A stretch of DNA of 64,000 bases from Isurus oxyrinchus (Eukaryota), in NCBI GenBank assembly GCA_026770705.1, contig JANJGN010000034.1, positions 6,820,001-6,884,000 on the forward strand, in the 5' to 3' direction. This document shows positions 1 to 12,689 of this stretch, one piece after another. The translations under genes were made by a program, and so were the position numbers. The notes beneath the pieces are model-generated. The model made no database searches and was not told the DNA's origin. It saw only the letters and a program-made list of their open reading frames with translations. The first letter of the stretch is position 1; each line of letters starts with the position of its first letter.

Positions 1-329
1 TTCCCCAGTGCAGCGAGGCAGCCAAAATTTCATTCATTTCGGAAGCACCAGTAAATCCCCATGAAGGTGTTGTGGGTGGCTGTGCAGTGCTGCATGCGCA
101 CACACTGAGATCTTTGAAAGGGAGGTTCTGGTTTTCTTTGTTCCTCTAACTTTGTAGGAACCACAATATACAACCAAGATAGGGTGCCAAATGATTTAGT
201 AGGGCAGTTGTAGGTGGTGATCATAATCTGAATTAGCACAAAAAATCAATAATTCGGAGCCTGTTGCGCCGTTTGGTAGAAAATGGTTGACATGACTGTG
301 CCCTCACCTGTACTTACCCTGGCTCCCTT

Positions 330-1240
330 CTCGATCAAAAATTGCCCTAATTCAACCTTGAATAGATTTGAAGACTCAGCTTGCACTGCTGCCTGGGAAA
401 GATAATTTCAGAGGCTAGCCACACTCTGAAAATAAATTCAAATTATTTTCATCATCTCCATCGCAAATGCAAGGGATATAACTATGAAACTGTTTCCCCA
501 CTTATTGGAGTAAAAAATAAGGGGAAGGATATCTTCATAGCACCGCCCAATCAAGTACACTAAGGATCTTAGATGGTTGAAAATAATCACCTCTCAACCT
601 TGTAAATTCTAATTGGGTATAGGCTAAACCTGTCCAACCTTTCCTTTCAACACAACATAGCAATCTCATGAATAATTCAACTGAAGCGATTATGAACTGC
701 ATCTAACACAACAGTTCCCTTCCTTTAGTAATTCGACGAAAAGTGCACAATTATAAATACAATTTTGAATTAAGACCTCACGAAGCTACAACTGTATTTC
801 CCCTTTTTGATATTCAATTCGCCTTGCAATAAATGCCCATAAATTACTTGCAACATGAATAAATTTCTGCATCTAAATACTGATTTGTTTTGTGATTCGT
901 CTACCGGGCCACCCAGTTTCCTTTTCAATTTACAGTCCTGTAGTGCCAATCCTTTCAAATCATTTACTGCCTTTCTATTCTTCATACCAACGTGGACAAG
1001 CTCACGTCTCCCATTTTATAGTCCATAAACAATATCGTCCCCAATTACGCAACATATCCAAATGGCTTTTCAGACTCCTCATATTCTCAAGACAACTCAC
1101 ATTCAGATATTTTTTTCAGTCACCAACAATTTTACGGAGCATAACTTGGTCCTTCATCCAGGTAATTTATCCAGATTGCAAATAGTTGATAATCGAGTAC
1201 AGGTCCCTCTGACCATCCACTGGTAACCCCTGGGCAGCAC
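330..1240 (-). mobile_element. CR1-type LINE fragment (RT 3' part), left half of an element interrupted by the Copia insertion
   Basis: Decayed resemblance to the reverse strand of shark CR1 RT/3' region; the CR1 sequence resumes at ~7170 (…caccatcag…aacctctgatgttgcaccttatgaaat). Confidence 0.6.
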
Positions 1241-1246
1241 ACAAGT

Positions 1247-1460
1247 TGTTAATTACATTAGGTCTTACTATTCAAGCAGGTGTATTCTAATGGCAGCTCT
1301 TCAGTGCTTTATGCTTACTTCAATCCATTTGACACAACAGTGTTCCGGCTGCATCCATATATAATGTTGTGATGGGTTAGCCAATGCATTGCCTACTTAA
1401 ACTAGCAATTGCACTTAAAAGGGCAGTTAATGTGCCATGTATTTACAGATAGATTGAGAT
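1247..1460 (-). repeat. Putative 3' LTR of the Copia element
   Basis: Starts TGTTA like the copy at 6950; shares ttcaagc(a/t)ggtgtatt, ttcagtg…cttactt and gtg(t/c)tcc(g/a)gctg blocks with 6950-7165. Confidence 0.55.
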
Positions 1461-1514
1461 AATCACCTTTTTTATATAAAAAGTAAAGATTATTAAAAAT
1501 GTTTTTGAAACAAA

Positions 1515-2690
1515 TGTGAGGGGGGTTGTGGGTGGATCAGTCATTGGCCCAGTAAGGGGGATGGCGGTCCATCGGAGGACAGGGTAGTGGGTGTCAGAAG
1601 GCAGCGGAGTGCTGTCTATCGGGTATTAGTGGCAGGTGGTGATTTTCGCAGGACAGAGGGGGCTTTCGGTGCTGGTGGGGGTGGAAGGAGCATCGGGGGT
1701 TGCAGGAGTTGGGGCTCGGGGATTGTCGATGTTATAGAGGAGTTTCATATCAGAGGTCGGTGGAGTGTGGAAAGATGTGATGTAGGAGGGAGGGCAGTCC
1801 GAATTACAGGGTCTCTCTGAAATCAGGGTGGGGCCGAGAGCTAGGGTGGGGGGGGGCGAATTCCGGGGGCGACCAACGTTAGAATTTTTCTTGGGGTGGG
1901 TCCGAGTTCGGGTGTGATAGGTGGGGGGCAAGGTCATGGTAAATCTGAGGTTGCAGGGTCTGAATTTGAGGATCGAGGTCATTTTAATGTCCGGGGTTGG
2001 GGGTGTGGCAGTGGTAAAGAGGGTGTCCAAGATCTATTGGGTTCTTGGATTGGGTGGGGGTTTCTGTGATGCGGAGTGTGGCAGGTGGTAGTACGAGTTC
2101 CAAGCGTCCTGGAGATGAGGCAGTTGGAATTGATTGGTGTCCGAAGGCGGGGGGAGTGCTTCACTGGTCGGGTTGGGGATTGTTCCAATATTGGGGGTGA
2201 AGGTCGATCGCAGGTCCTGGTTGGTGGGGGAAGGGGTGCAGTTACGGATGGCTCATGGGGCTTCCGATGTCTGGGGGTTCTGAGCTCGTTTGTGGCTCTT
2301 GGGGAAGGGGTCAAACATCCAGAGGTGGTAGGTGTGATCAGATGTCCAGGGACTTCGGATCATGGAGGCGCGGACTTCTCTGGTCTCCCACGGGATGTGT
2401 CGGGTGTGTTGGGGAGTCTCGTGAGGTCGAAATGGGTCTTTACAATAGTCACTCAAGATTTAAAAGAGGTTGTTATTTTTCCAATTTTTTCTGAGCAACA
2501 CTTGGTATAAACCAAACGGAACCAAATAAAATGTCCAAATTAACGGTATTTTTGGATGTATCCCAGCGCAGCACAATTGTCCAGAGGACGTGTGAAATTC
2601 TGGGCAATTGCAGTGCAACACCTTAGCTAGGAAATATGCAGGTCAATTCCCAACAGCATCTTTGGAGTCCCTTATGCCCGCACCGCCAGC
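1515..2690. repeat. G-rich, strand-skewed low-complexity repeat inserted between RNase H and the 3' LTR
   Basis: Many G-runs and degenerate gggg-tc/gat units; generates spurious Pro/Gly-rich ORFs. Confidence 0.5.
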
Positions 2691-5600
2691 TCTTTGGAGC
2701 TTCAGACATACAAGCCACTGTCAAGTATTGGAACATTAATAGATCCCAGATTTCCTTTACTAAATCGACCTATAAAAAATTATGAAGCCAAAAAGAATGG
2801 ATTTCCGATGTTTTATTTCGTTCTTATAACGAAAACTGCTCCTCTTCCAATGCAATTAGAAATTTTTTCGAGCAGGCATTTAGTTTCCTAAAACAGCCTT
2901 TGAGTTTGTGACTTGTGTCAACCCATAGTATTTTAGAGAACTCTCTTTTCTCTAACATTCCTTATATACTAGCTATGTCTGTTAGTCATTTTACAGTGAC
3001 ACTTTACATCGATTAAGCGGTATCCCAAAGAGGCTAATTGACAGCATAACACTCTGTGGCAAAAATTTTCTCGCCTTCAATGACCTTCATACAGTGGGCG
3101 ATATTCATCATTCATTCCTCTCAAGAATAGGATATTGTGCTAGAACACCCAAATGGAATATTGGCGAGTGAAATACCTCTAAGCATGACCAACCTGATAT
3201 GTTCTGGATCACACAAGGCAGGCAAGTTGAGCGTGCAGCTTTTTGAATGTAATTTATTTAAATCTGTGTTTGCTATCAAAACTTCTTCAAAAATAGCATA
3301 TTTCATCACAGTTCTGAGCTCCAACACATCACTACACGGGGCAGGTCTAGTCTGAGTGCAGAAACAACTTAACTGCTCAATCAAAGTTTTCATTTGCTCT
3401 GTTTCTTCCGTGGAAGCAGGATTATATTTTTGCGAGGACCTAACCCAATTTATAGTGATGTAATTAACATTTTCAAGCTAAGATTGTTGAATCAATTTCA
3501 TTCCTGGTTTGCTCGGCTTAGTTTCTAAACTTATGTATTTAAAGGCCCCTGAAGTTTGACTGCCAAACTGGAATTTCTTCTTTAGCTTCTTGATTACCCA
3601 TTGCTCAAATTCTACAGTGCCTCCCCACAGGAAATCATCAACATGCACTGTACTGATTCCAGCTTTTTTCTCCTTGTGGTGCGAGTAATAAATCGCAGGG
3701 ACTGCACTTCTCTGAATGCAACGCGTTTTCAACAGAGCAGACCGAGGGAAAAACAGTATACTCTTGAAGCATCAATCCATCCATAAACAAGCTCAATTTT
3801 CACGGCTTTCCTTCTACATTGCCAGCTAACCAGGTGGCTTCAAAAATACTTCTCTTTCAAACTTCGACCCCCAAACAAACCTTTACATCAATTGATTTGC
3901 ACTTATAGGAATATGATGTTATGAGAGCAAATACAAGTCTTTGAAACAGCTTTCCTGCAGTAGACAAGTCCACCCAGCCTCCCCGAAGCCAGAATCTTTC
4001 TTCAAATCCTTGAGCTGCTAATCTCTCTTCAGCCTTGCATGTGCCATCTGGAAGTATATGATCTGTACAGATCCATCTGTTGGATGAGGCCGACTGTTCC
4101 CTGCTAGGTATTTCAGTATGTACCCTAGTTTGCTTCCAAATGTCCATCTGTTTCTGTTTGACTGCCTTTATCAGCTAAATGTCCAATTTATTAAAGCCTC
4201 TCAGTTAAAGGGCGTTTACTTCTAATGGCATTCCGAGCATCTTCTCTAGACCTAGCTCTGGTAAATCTACGACAACAACAAACATTCCTCTTTCTTCCTG
4301 GACTGCTAGAGTATGATCGTTCTCCCATGCGAGCAGGATCCCGCTCTCCAGTCCATGATTTTTATATTTCTGGGGTCAGCACCACTTTCAGCATCACTGT
4401 CAGAACTCGTACTGTGATCACTGGGTTTCCAGAACTTTTACTCATTTTGGCATTCGACGGGTCTTATTTCTTGCCCTTCATCTTGCAAGGTTAGACAATG
4501 CTTGTATTTACCAGTGGTGTTTAATGCTGTCACAACGTTGGTGGCATCCCTCCGCACACTGGTCCCTTCTGGTCATCGCTATCTTTCTGCATTCCTATTT
4601 TGTAATATAGGTGTCTCCTTGTCTACGCTTTATTGTCGTTGGCGTTATGCATTGCCATAGGGCACGCAGAATCTTTGCTGAATACATAGTGTTAATGAAA
4701 GCTTACCTGTGTGCATGCAACACATTCAGATGAGCAAGGAAAGTGGGGCTCATGCGAGTGCCTTCGAGATCACGGGGAGCATCTGATAACACCAAAAACA
4801 ATTTCAGATTTCTTCCATTCATCTGTGGTACGGACTGTACCCCACCAACCATTTACAAAGATCTATTTGCTTGCACTGTCCATGCTTGCGGCGTTAGCAA
4901 TTTGCAATCTATTAGATCAGCCAAATTATTATTAACATATAATCAATCTATCATCGCATGGTTTCGTTCACAGAGACCATAACCAAACGAGCTCTGAGCT
5001 GTACTGTGCATAAGTATGATGTTCAAATTTGCACGCATACCTCAAACTTTCTCATTGGCAAATACCCCACCAATACCTGTCAGTAATTTTGTTCGTGTTC
5101 CTCATCATCTTCCTACCAATTGCTCCAAGATCTTATGGACAATGGTCGTTTGCCCATTTTATGTAAAACAATATTTCAAGCTAAGCCTGATTGCCATGTA
5201 TATGAAGTGTAGTAAAAAAAAACATCCTTGTCCCAAATTTTGAAAGCCTTTGCCACTGCGTAGTTAAATTCTGTGGTTAGTGGCAAGCTCACAACAGGAC
5301 GTGGTGGTGCCTTGCGATATTTAATACAAATTTCATACTGAGCTGTGATTTGCTGAGTAATCTCATCGTCAGGTGTATTTTGTGGAGATGGATTTGCAAA
5401 CTGACTGTGTAACAGCCAAACAATATACTTTTAGTCCACCAAACTATTATTCCTGAATGTTAACAATACTTCTGGAATTTTTTGATGATGAATATCTGGC
5501 TCCCTTACTGGCAGGCAATAATGGCCTCAGGAAGTAAAATGTAGATCAATTTTTTTTGTTTCCGAGCACAACCAGTCTGCCTATCAAGCTTCGTTCCTGG

Positions 5601-6949
5601 AGTCAGCTGGAAGTTTTTCATCGCAGATGTGATAACAGTAGCGCTGCCTCGCTAGAAACCAAATTAGCACTGATAAGTAGACTGAACCCTGCTATCCGGT
5701 AAAGGAAGATCATCTTTTTAATAATTTGATAAGTTGTTATAACCTCCAAACGTGAAACATGTAGAGTTTAACCATCTCCAAGTCTGCCCCATTGAGAGAG
5801 GCCATGCAAATGTTAAGCCAATCCTTCCCACATACTGTGGAATTGCAACTACTGCCAAGAACTGCGGAGTTGAAGGAATCCACCATCAATATATTCATCG
5901 AAGAATTGAAAGTTTCAGTGAGCAACACAATTTCACCATGGCAATAACTATCATCAATTTCAGCCTCAGAAAAATCTGTCCCTTTAGGTACTTCAAAAAC
6001 ACCATTCTTTTGTTGTACGCAATTTATTGCCAAATCATATTGAGTACTATACCCACAACATCGATTAACCATTCCCTTTGCATTTGTCGGGTTCAAACAC
6101 CTACGGTCAAAGTCTCAGGCCAGCGTTTTTGTATGTACCCTCAAAATTACAGACCACGTATCAGTAACCCTGTCCTTTCACTGGAATCTTGGGATAACAT
6201 TTTGTCGATCTCACAATTCGGTCGCTACAGAATCTTCCATCAATTTCTTCAAGGGATAGTTGCTCGTATTTGCTAAGAAAGTGCCTGGGGAGGACTATTT
6301 TCACAGAATTTTAGCGCAGCAGCATTTGGTCTAGGAGAGTATTTAACCACAATTGAATGCCGGTGAATGCTAAAAGTCTACCAGCGTCAGGGATGCGTGC
6401 AGAATAAGTAACTTAAATGCATATACAGATTCCTGGATTTCATGATGAAGTCCCTTCAATCTCTTGCAACATGTATCAAAAACGAAAACTTTATGCTGGC
6501 ACAGACTGATCATCTGTTTTCTTAAATTTATCAAAGGTTGTCCATGCTTCCAAAAACTCGACAATTTAGTGAAGATTTTACGAAAAATCTAACAGAAGGT
6601 CCCAACCTTCCTCATGACGCAAATCATACACCTTCCATTTTAAATATACTTTGCTCCTAATATTGTTTTTTTCTTGTAATATTAACGCCAAATCCATACT
6701 TTGCCTATATCTGTATATGCAGTGGTTCCGGGTCTGCGTCTCAATTTTAGCATTCCATTGCTGATATGCGTCAGACGCAGAACAAAAAATGAGAGATAGT
6801 CAGTGCTTGAGGTTTTGCATCCTGCTTCCGCCATTACGTCGCTTAAGTTGTCAGCAGAAGTACTCTTCTTTCCCTTCAGTGGATTGAGACAAAATGCCTC
6901 CTCTACAGCAGCCATTCATCCAAAACTCTTAATTCATCCATTGCTGCCG

Positions 6950-7165
6950 TGTTACTCAAATAAGTTTTTGTCGTGGAAGAATGAGTCTAAAGCTCATCTT
7001 TACTTCAAGCTGGTGTATTATTAAGTCAGGTTTTCAGTGATACAGACTTACTTCTTTTCTTTCCAGACAAGGGTGCTCCAGCTGTATCTATTTATACTGA
7101 TTTCATGGGCATTTCAATATAATGCAATATAATTACTAAGACATTGACACAAATTACATATTTAT
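6950..7165 (-). repeat. Putative 5' LTR of the Copia element with adjacent degenerate PBS
   Basis: Diverged direct repeat of 1247-1460. The preceding ttgctgccg resembles the reverse complement of the tRNA-Met PBS TGGTAGCAGAG typical of GalEa elements. Confidence 0.55.
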
Positions 7166-7169
7166 AATG

Positions 7170-8420
7170 ACTCGTTATTTGATATTTTCTAACTTACCCT
7201 TTTTTTAATGTTACTTTGTCGCCACCAACACCATCAGTTATTAATCTGTGTATTAACCTCTGATGTTGCACCTTATGAAATTTGTTTATGTATCACTTTG
7301 CTTAACTTGTGTGTTCCTGCCTAAAATAACTCTAATAAATCATTCAAACGTGATTTCCCTTTCTCAAAACTATTTTTATAATGGCAGCTGTACGATGATT
7401 TTATTAACTTCCAAACATTAGATCTGTAGTAATGGATTTGAGCATTTTGCATGTACAATTTTAGGCTAAGTGGTCTATAGTCTCCTGTGCTATAGCTATC
7501 TCTCATAATCTAATGTATCCCTGATCATGTGTTGGTTTTCTAATATCACAGAATCTGAACGGCATATAAAGAGTTCATTCGGCCCATCATGTTCATGCCG
7601 GCTCTCCAGATGAGCATTATGACCTACTGTCATTGTCCTGCCATATCCCCGCAGCCGTGCACATTGTTTCTCTTCAATATTTACCTAATGTCCTCTTGAA
7701 TGCTTCGATTGAGCTTGCCTCCTTCAAGCATTCGGGCAGTGTTGTTCAGTCTTTGGGCCTACCACTAATCATTGCAGTATTGTACATTTTTGCTTTCAAT
7801 ATGATATGTTCTTAGTTTTCTTATTATGATGCATTAATCTCACCCATCTCATCTCTTAGTGGGGTTGAATGCATTTTTACTGAGTGTAAGGAAAAATCTC
7901 CGTATATGCTTGTCCCTGCTTTTCGATTAAACTAGACTTCAAAGTAGTTTGGAAGTTCACTTCAGCCAACTCTGTTGCAATACCCATGGATTTGCCTTCA
8001 TTTAGGTTCGAAAGCTGTAGCGTTGGACTCACACTTCTCACCCTCAAACTGAAAGTGACATTAAAATTTGTTATGATCGTTGTTGCCAATTTGATCCTTT
8101 ATAATGAGAACATTAATTAGTCATGCTTTATTGCACCACACCTTTCGAAGAAGCACTGTAACTGGCATGGCACAAGAATGGGCTGTTCTAAAAAAAATGC
8201 ATTGAATGCAATCTATGACTACCCTTCCAGTTCTACCTTTGCCAGTCAGTTTCGTACAATCCAACGAAATATGGAAATGAATATAACGTTTATCATAAAG
8301 TTATGATAAATATTACAATCTTCCCCGAGGGTTGTGGGAATTGTCCTACAAGTCTCTATTGTTCATTCTTTAAATGTCTGCCCTACAGCGTAGCAATTAG
8401 TGGGGTGGTGCGGTTTGTGT
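7170..8420 (-). mobile_element. CR1-type LINE fragments (continuation of 330-1240, plus nested pieces)
   Basis: Reverse-strand RT region (KVPH-like, YRPLSL motif in ORF 7321..7506). Confidence 0.55.
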
Positions 8421-8599
8421 GCAGGGGGGCAGTGCTGGGGAGTGGCGACGGGTGCTGTAATCTCCTGCAAGTGGGTTATTAATATTGGAAATTCTTATGT
8501 TTACCCAATACCGATTCTATGCCATGAACTTCTGAACTAAGCTCCTCTGTCACCAAAAATAAAAAAGATAAACGGGCCTTAATCACTCTGCAGGCCGAG

Positions 8600-9480
8600 G
8601 AGATTTACTGGAGAGAAACCAGTAATGATTCAGGTCTAGACCAACTCCTTTCAGAATTCATAAAAGATAGAATTGTAGGCGTTTTAAGGTCAGTGGAAGG
8701 AAGATTGGGGAGGAAGAAGGGCAGTTAAGTTGATTTAAATAAAAATGTCATGATGCAAAATCCTTAAGCTAGTCGTAAAGCGTGGACAGCAGAAACAAAA
8801 GTGGCTTCAAATGAGGCGTGAGTGGCTACCTAGTGGTAATCTGAATACAACATGAAGGGATTGAAACAAGCTAAGCAGCACCAACCCAGCAAACTGAAAA
8901 AAAAAGCTTTAAAAAGTGAGTTAGCAAATAAATCATAGAACAGGATATGGGCAGACATTTTAATCTACGGTTTTTGAACGGGATATTCAGTTTGAAAGGA
9001 TGTAGAATGCCGAGTCGAATGACAAGATGATATTCCTCGATCTCACTTGGAATTGGACTGGGAGAGTTTAGCAAGCCATAAACAGCAATAACAGTGTAGT
9101 CGTGAGGTGGAAAACTTATGTGACAAGAAATGGAAAGATCGGGGCCATGTTTGCATACTGAATGGTAATATTGTTAGAAGTGATCACACAATTTATATTT
9201 AGTCTACCCAATGTAGAAAAAACGCAACAAGAGCAAACAATGCTAAATTGAAATATGTGGCAATAAACCAGTGTTTCAGTCGCAAGGGGCTTTCCGGGAT
9301 TGGGCAGTGGGAAAGGACGAGAAAGCATTGTTTCTACAGAAAAGTTCCACCGACGGGATAGTTCTGACTTTGGCATGGACTATGGTGTTGCAGACAGAAC
9401 GGTCACTTCAAACAACCTGCCTTACAAACGCAGTGCAAGAGCGACTACCTCCGAAGATGAAGTAGAGTATCTTCAATAGG
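8600..9480 (-). mobile_element. Penelope-like element relic (GIY-YIG endonuclease region)
   Basis: Reverse strand ~9250-9180 resembles the decayed VYCIRCxxCGLLYIGETKR motif; flanked by the purine-rich repeat that accompanies it in shark genomes. Confidence 0.5.
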
Positions 9481-11141
9481 AAGGCAAGATTCAGGGGTTT
9501 GATCCTGAATCTTACTTTTCCCTTCTGATGGGTTTATAGGCGGGGAGAGCTAGGGTGTGGTGCTAGTGTACAGTTCTTTGAATATGATTCCCATAGGTTT
9601 CTCGTCTGATCCAGGTTCCCTACAATTTTATGCTCAGAAGGCCAGGCTGGGGAAAGGCTGCAGGCCCCTAATTCATTTGAAGTCCTTAAGTGGGCAATCA
9701 CTTACCATTTAAGGACAATTTCCCTCCCAACCTCAAATTTAACTTTGCAGAAAGATTTCTTGGTAGGTGGTAAGCCCGAACATAATCGGGCTCAGGCTCC
9801 ATCAGGAAACAGATGGCAAATTCTTCAGAAACCCCTATTAACTTCGGAATAACCACTTAATTTTTGGTAATCAGAAGGCTTTTCTCACCCATCCACGACC
9901 ACCCCGTCTCTCCCCCGATACTGCAGTCGCCAATACCCGCTACCCCAGGCCTCTACGGTCCCCAAAACCTACTTTTTTTCCCCCCGAATGCCGAGGCTTC
10001 AGCTCCGGGGACCGCACTCTTGTCCACTGCGTCTTCTGGCGCTGCAATGGACCAGTGAGCTGCCGAACTAATTGGCGTAATAACGGCGTTGAACATTGAA
10101 ATCACTGTAACCTCTTACATGAAACGGATCGTTTGCAAATTACATTAAAACTGTACCCATTGATGAGTGATTCCTCTGCCAGTACAAAGAGTTGCTACCT
10201 CTCAAAAGGGAAAAAAATTATGACTTCTGTCAATTTCCCCTTTATCGTCCTCACAATAACGAGGGCAATTGCACTTGATCAACGCTGTACAAACAACTGA
10301 AGGCCCACTTCCGATATATCCTACAATGCCCTCTGCTCCAGCATTAAAAAAATGACATTATTCCACGAATGCACTGTGCAAAATTAGTAACATAATTCTA
10401 GTTGCATCGTCACCATCTTTTAAAAGGCCTCACATCTCTTCCTCCCTATTGCAGTGTGTCACTCAGCATAATGCCAAGATTTGTCTATCATTCTAAAAAA
10501 GTTATCAGGTGCTCTTGCCTGCTTTAAATCCGTGTGCATCTCCATCTCCAACTTCTTCTATGGATATTGCATTATTGGAAAATATCCATTAGCTTTATAT
10601 TTCATTTCCTGTATTTTTTTTTTGCAGCAGCAGCATGCTTTTTGGCGTATTCCAATCTAGGGCTACTATCAATGAATGCATTTAACATAAACTGAACTCT
10701 TACTTTATTAGGTGCAACATTCGTAATAGTGAACAAGTCAATATGCTGATTGCATTCGGAAACGGTCAATCATGAGAGTCAGGTGCAGCTGTACAAAGGG
10801 CGTTTGTAGAACTTATTATTTATTAATAAGCCATCAGTAAATAAGAAGACATTTTGAATAAATGCTCACATGTAGCTCTTTGGCCTGAGGCAGAAATAGC
10901 AGTTCTGAATGTAATAACATTCAGTAAAAGAATGCAAGCTGTATTGTTGTTTAAATGTTAAACAAACCCCAGAATTGAAGAGCGATTCACTTTAAAGTGA
11001 AATAGAAAACATTGGCAAAAAGTTTTCGAATTACCAGCCAAGCCTAAAGAAAGAAGAAATGCTGAAAACCCTCCCTTAGAATCAATATAATAATTCAATG
11101 ACAATGCCATATTGTTGAATCTAATAATGTATTTATTTCAG

Positions 11142-11168
11142 GAGGTGAACTGAATCAATGCAAGAAAG
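11142..11168 (+). CDS. 27-nt phase-1 micro-exon A of coiled-coil gene (xGELNQCKK)
   Basis: ctaat branch-like motif, atttatttcag acceptor, exon GAGGTGAACTGAATCAATGCAAGAAAG, donor gtaaat; paralogous to the exon at 16931. Confidence 0.7.
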
Positions 11169-11229
11169 GTAAATTAAAGCTAAAAAAAATCGAAGCCACA
11201 ACAATATAAGCTGAAGGTCGAGTCTTCTG

Positions 11230-12170
11230 CATAATTAAAAAAAGTTGTTCCACATCAACTTCAGTTCCCCCACTCTCGTAATAATCTTTATCCCCTTAGC
11301 ATTGGAAATCTATCAACCTCTGCCTTCAACATACTCAGAAAATCAAGTTGCAAGGCCGTCTACCATCGAGGGTTTAGAGGAGTCATACAGCAGGGAATGG
11401 TAAATGCCTTCCCATTTCTCACCAAAATGGTCATCCCCTTATTCTGACACTGTGGTCCATTGTTCCGGTTTGTCCAGCTAGGGTACTCATTTTCTCAGGA
11501 GCTTTACTATGTATTTCCTGCGAAATTGGTATGTGCCAATTAGATTATAAGTCATGTTTTTAATTCCCGTGATATGTAGAACCGTTCTGCTTAATCTTTC
11601 CTCATAGTGCTACCGCCATTGCCAGATGATCCTGTATATTGAGCATATGTAGCACTTCCTCAGATGCACTATGTGCTTCTGAGGAAAGATGACGAAAAAC
11701 AGCGCTTACTACTCCAGATGTGTTCTCACCAGAAGTCTGTATATGTCTGCTGCAAAGCTTACTTAATCAATTTCAAATATGCTTGTAACAGTAGCAAATA
11801 TTTAATATCAGTTCTAATTGCTTGCTGCATTTCGATGCTTACTCCCTGTGCACGTCCAGGTCCAGTTGAAAGCAAACAGTTGCCCATCCCTCCGCATTTC
11901 CCAAATCATTGTTTTATGTACGTCCTCCAAAAGTGGATAACTTCAGCCTTTAGCACGTGGAAATCTATGTCATGTTATTGCCTGCTTACCCAAGCTGACT
12001 CCCCATCCCTGCAGCATTTTTGCGTCAATGCCACTGAAATTAGTATCGTCAGCAAACATGATAGTTTACACATGGCCCTTTCATCCAAATTATGAATATA
12101 GACTGCAGATACCTGAGGTACCAGTGCTGCTACTTGTCATCGCCAGTTTGTTATAAACTGCCCATACAAT
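11230..12170 (-). mobile_element. CR1-type LINE 3' fragment
   Basis: Resembles reverse-strand CR1 3' end/RT (aatctatcaacctctgccttcaacatactc…; tcgtcagcaaacatg). Confidence 0.55.
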
Positions 12171-12689
12171 CCCCAGCACATTGTGCATGTGACTAGTGTA
12201 TTTTCCGAAAGTTATATCATTGCTCACTGTAGAGTTTAACTAAAAAAAAATAAAATGGTACTTGCAGCTCGGAGTCACGCTTGTGAACTGAAAGAGCTTC
12301 TGTGCAGCATTTTCTTCCCACCCATGTTTGGCCTCCCCGATGTAGGGAAACAGGTTGTTACCAGCAAATTAAGTATAATGAATTGAAAGATGAACAAACA
12401 TTCAGCTGTTCAATTGGAACGTATTTTGGTGTTTTTTCTTAAATGGAAAGGGAAGGGTTAAAAATAACCATTGGTGCAGCAGCTCCTGTGCTGGATTTAC
12501 AACTTGCCATACAAAGGTGGGGCGGCTTTAGCGGTGGACTCTGTGGTGAACCTGGGCGCCATAGAGTTAATGTCCCATTGTGAATGTTGAACAAGCAGAT
12601 AATGAGATGATATGCATGGTGATCGCATCCGACTGTATTTGGCAGACACCGCAGGTGATGACTATTTCATTATTGAGGCGTTTACGCCT

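Larger units (their letters stand above)
1247..7165 (-). mobile_element. Decayed Ty1/Copia LTR retrotransposon (GalEa-like), gag-PR-INT-RT-RH
   Basis: Minus-strand motifs in Copia order: gag ~6900-6100 (NPTNAKGMVNRCC knuckle relic), protease SAVLGSSCNSTVCGKDWL ~5880-5820, integrase GLCERNHAMID ~4960, RT RWIC…KAEERLAAQGFEE ~4050 and VHVDDFLWGGT ~3640, RNase H C-terminus (KILWVDTSHKL) ~2920. Many stops and frameshifts. Confidence 0.85.

Noticed and set aside
308-325. tacttacc motif resembling the U1 snRNA 5' end or a minus-strand donor
   Set aside because: No further U1 similarity and no supportable exon.
1587-2510. Overlapping Pro/Gly-rich ORFs of 77-144 aa
   Set aside because: Products of G-skewed low-complexity sequence that lacks stop codons; no domain signature.
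5752-6276. 174-aa + strand ORF
   Set aside because: Antisense to the Copia gag/protease relic.
10627-10694. Strong acceptor (T-run + gcag) followed by a moderately hydrophobic frame, considered as a TM exon
   Set aside because: Ends in a stop with no suitable donor; cannot be linked to the micro-exon series.
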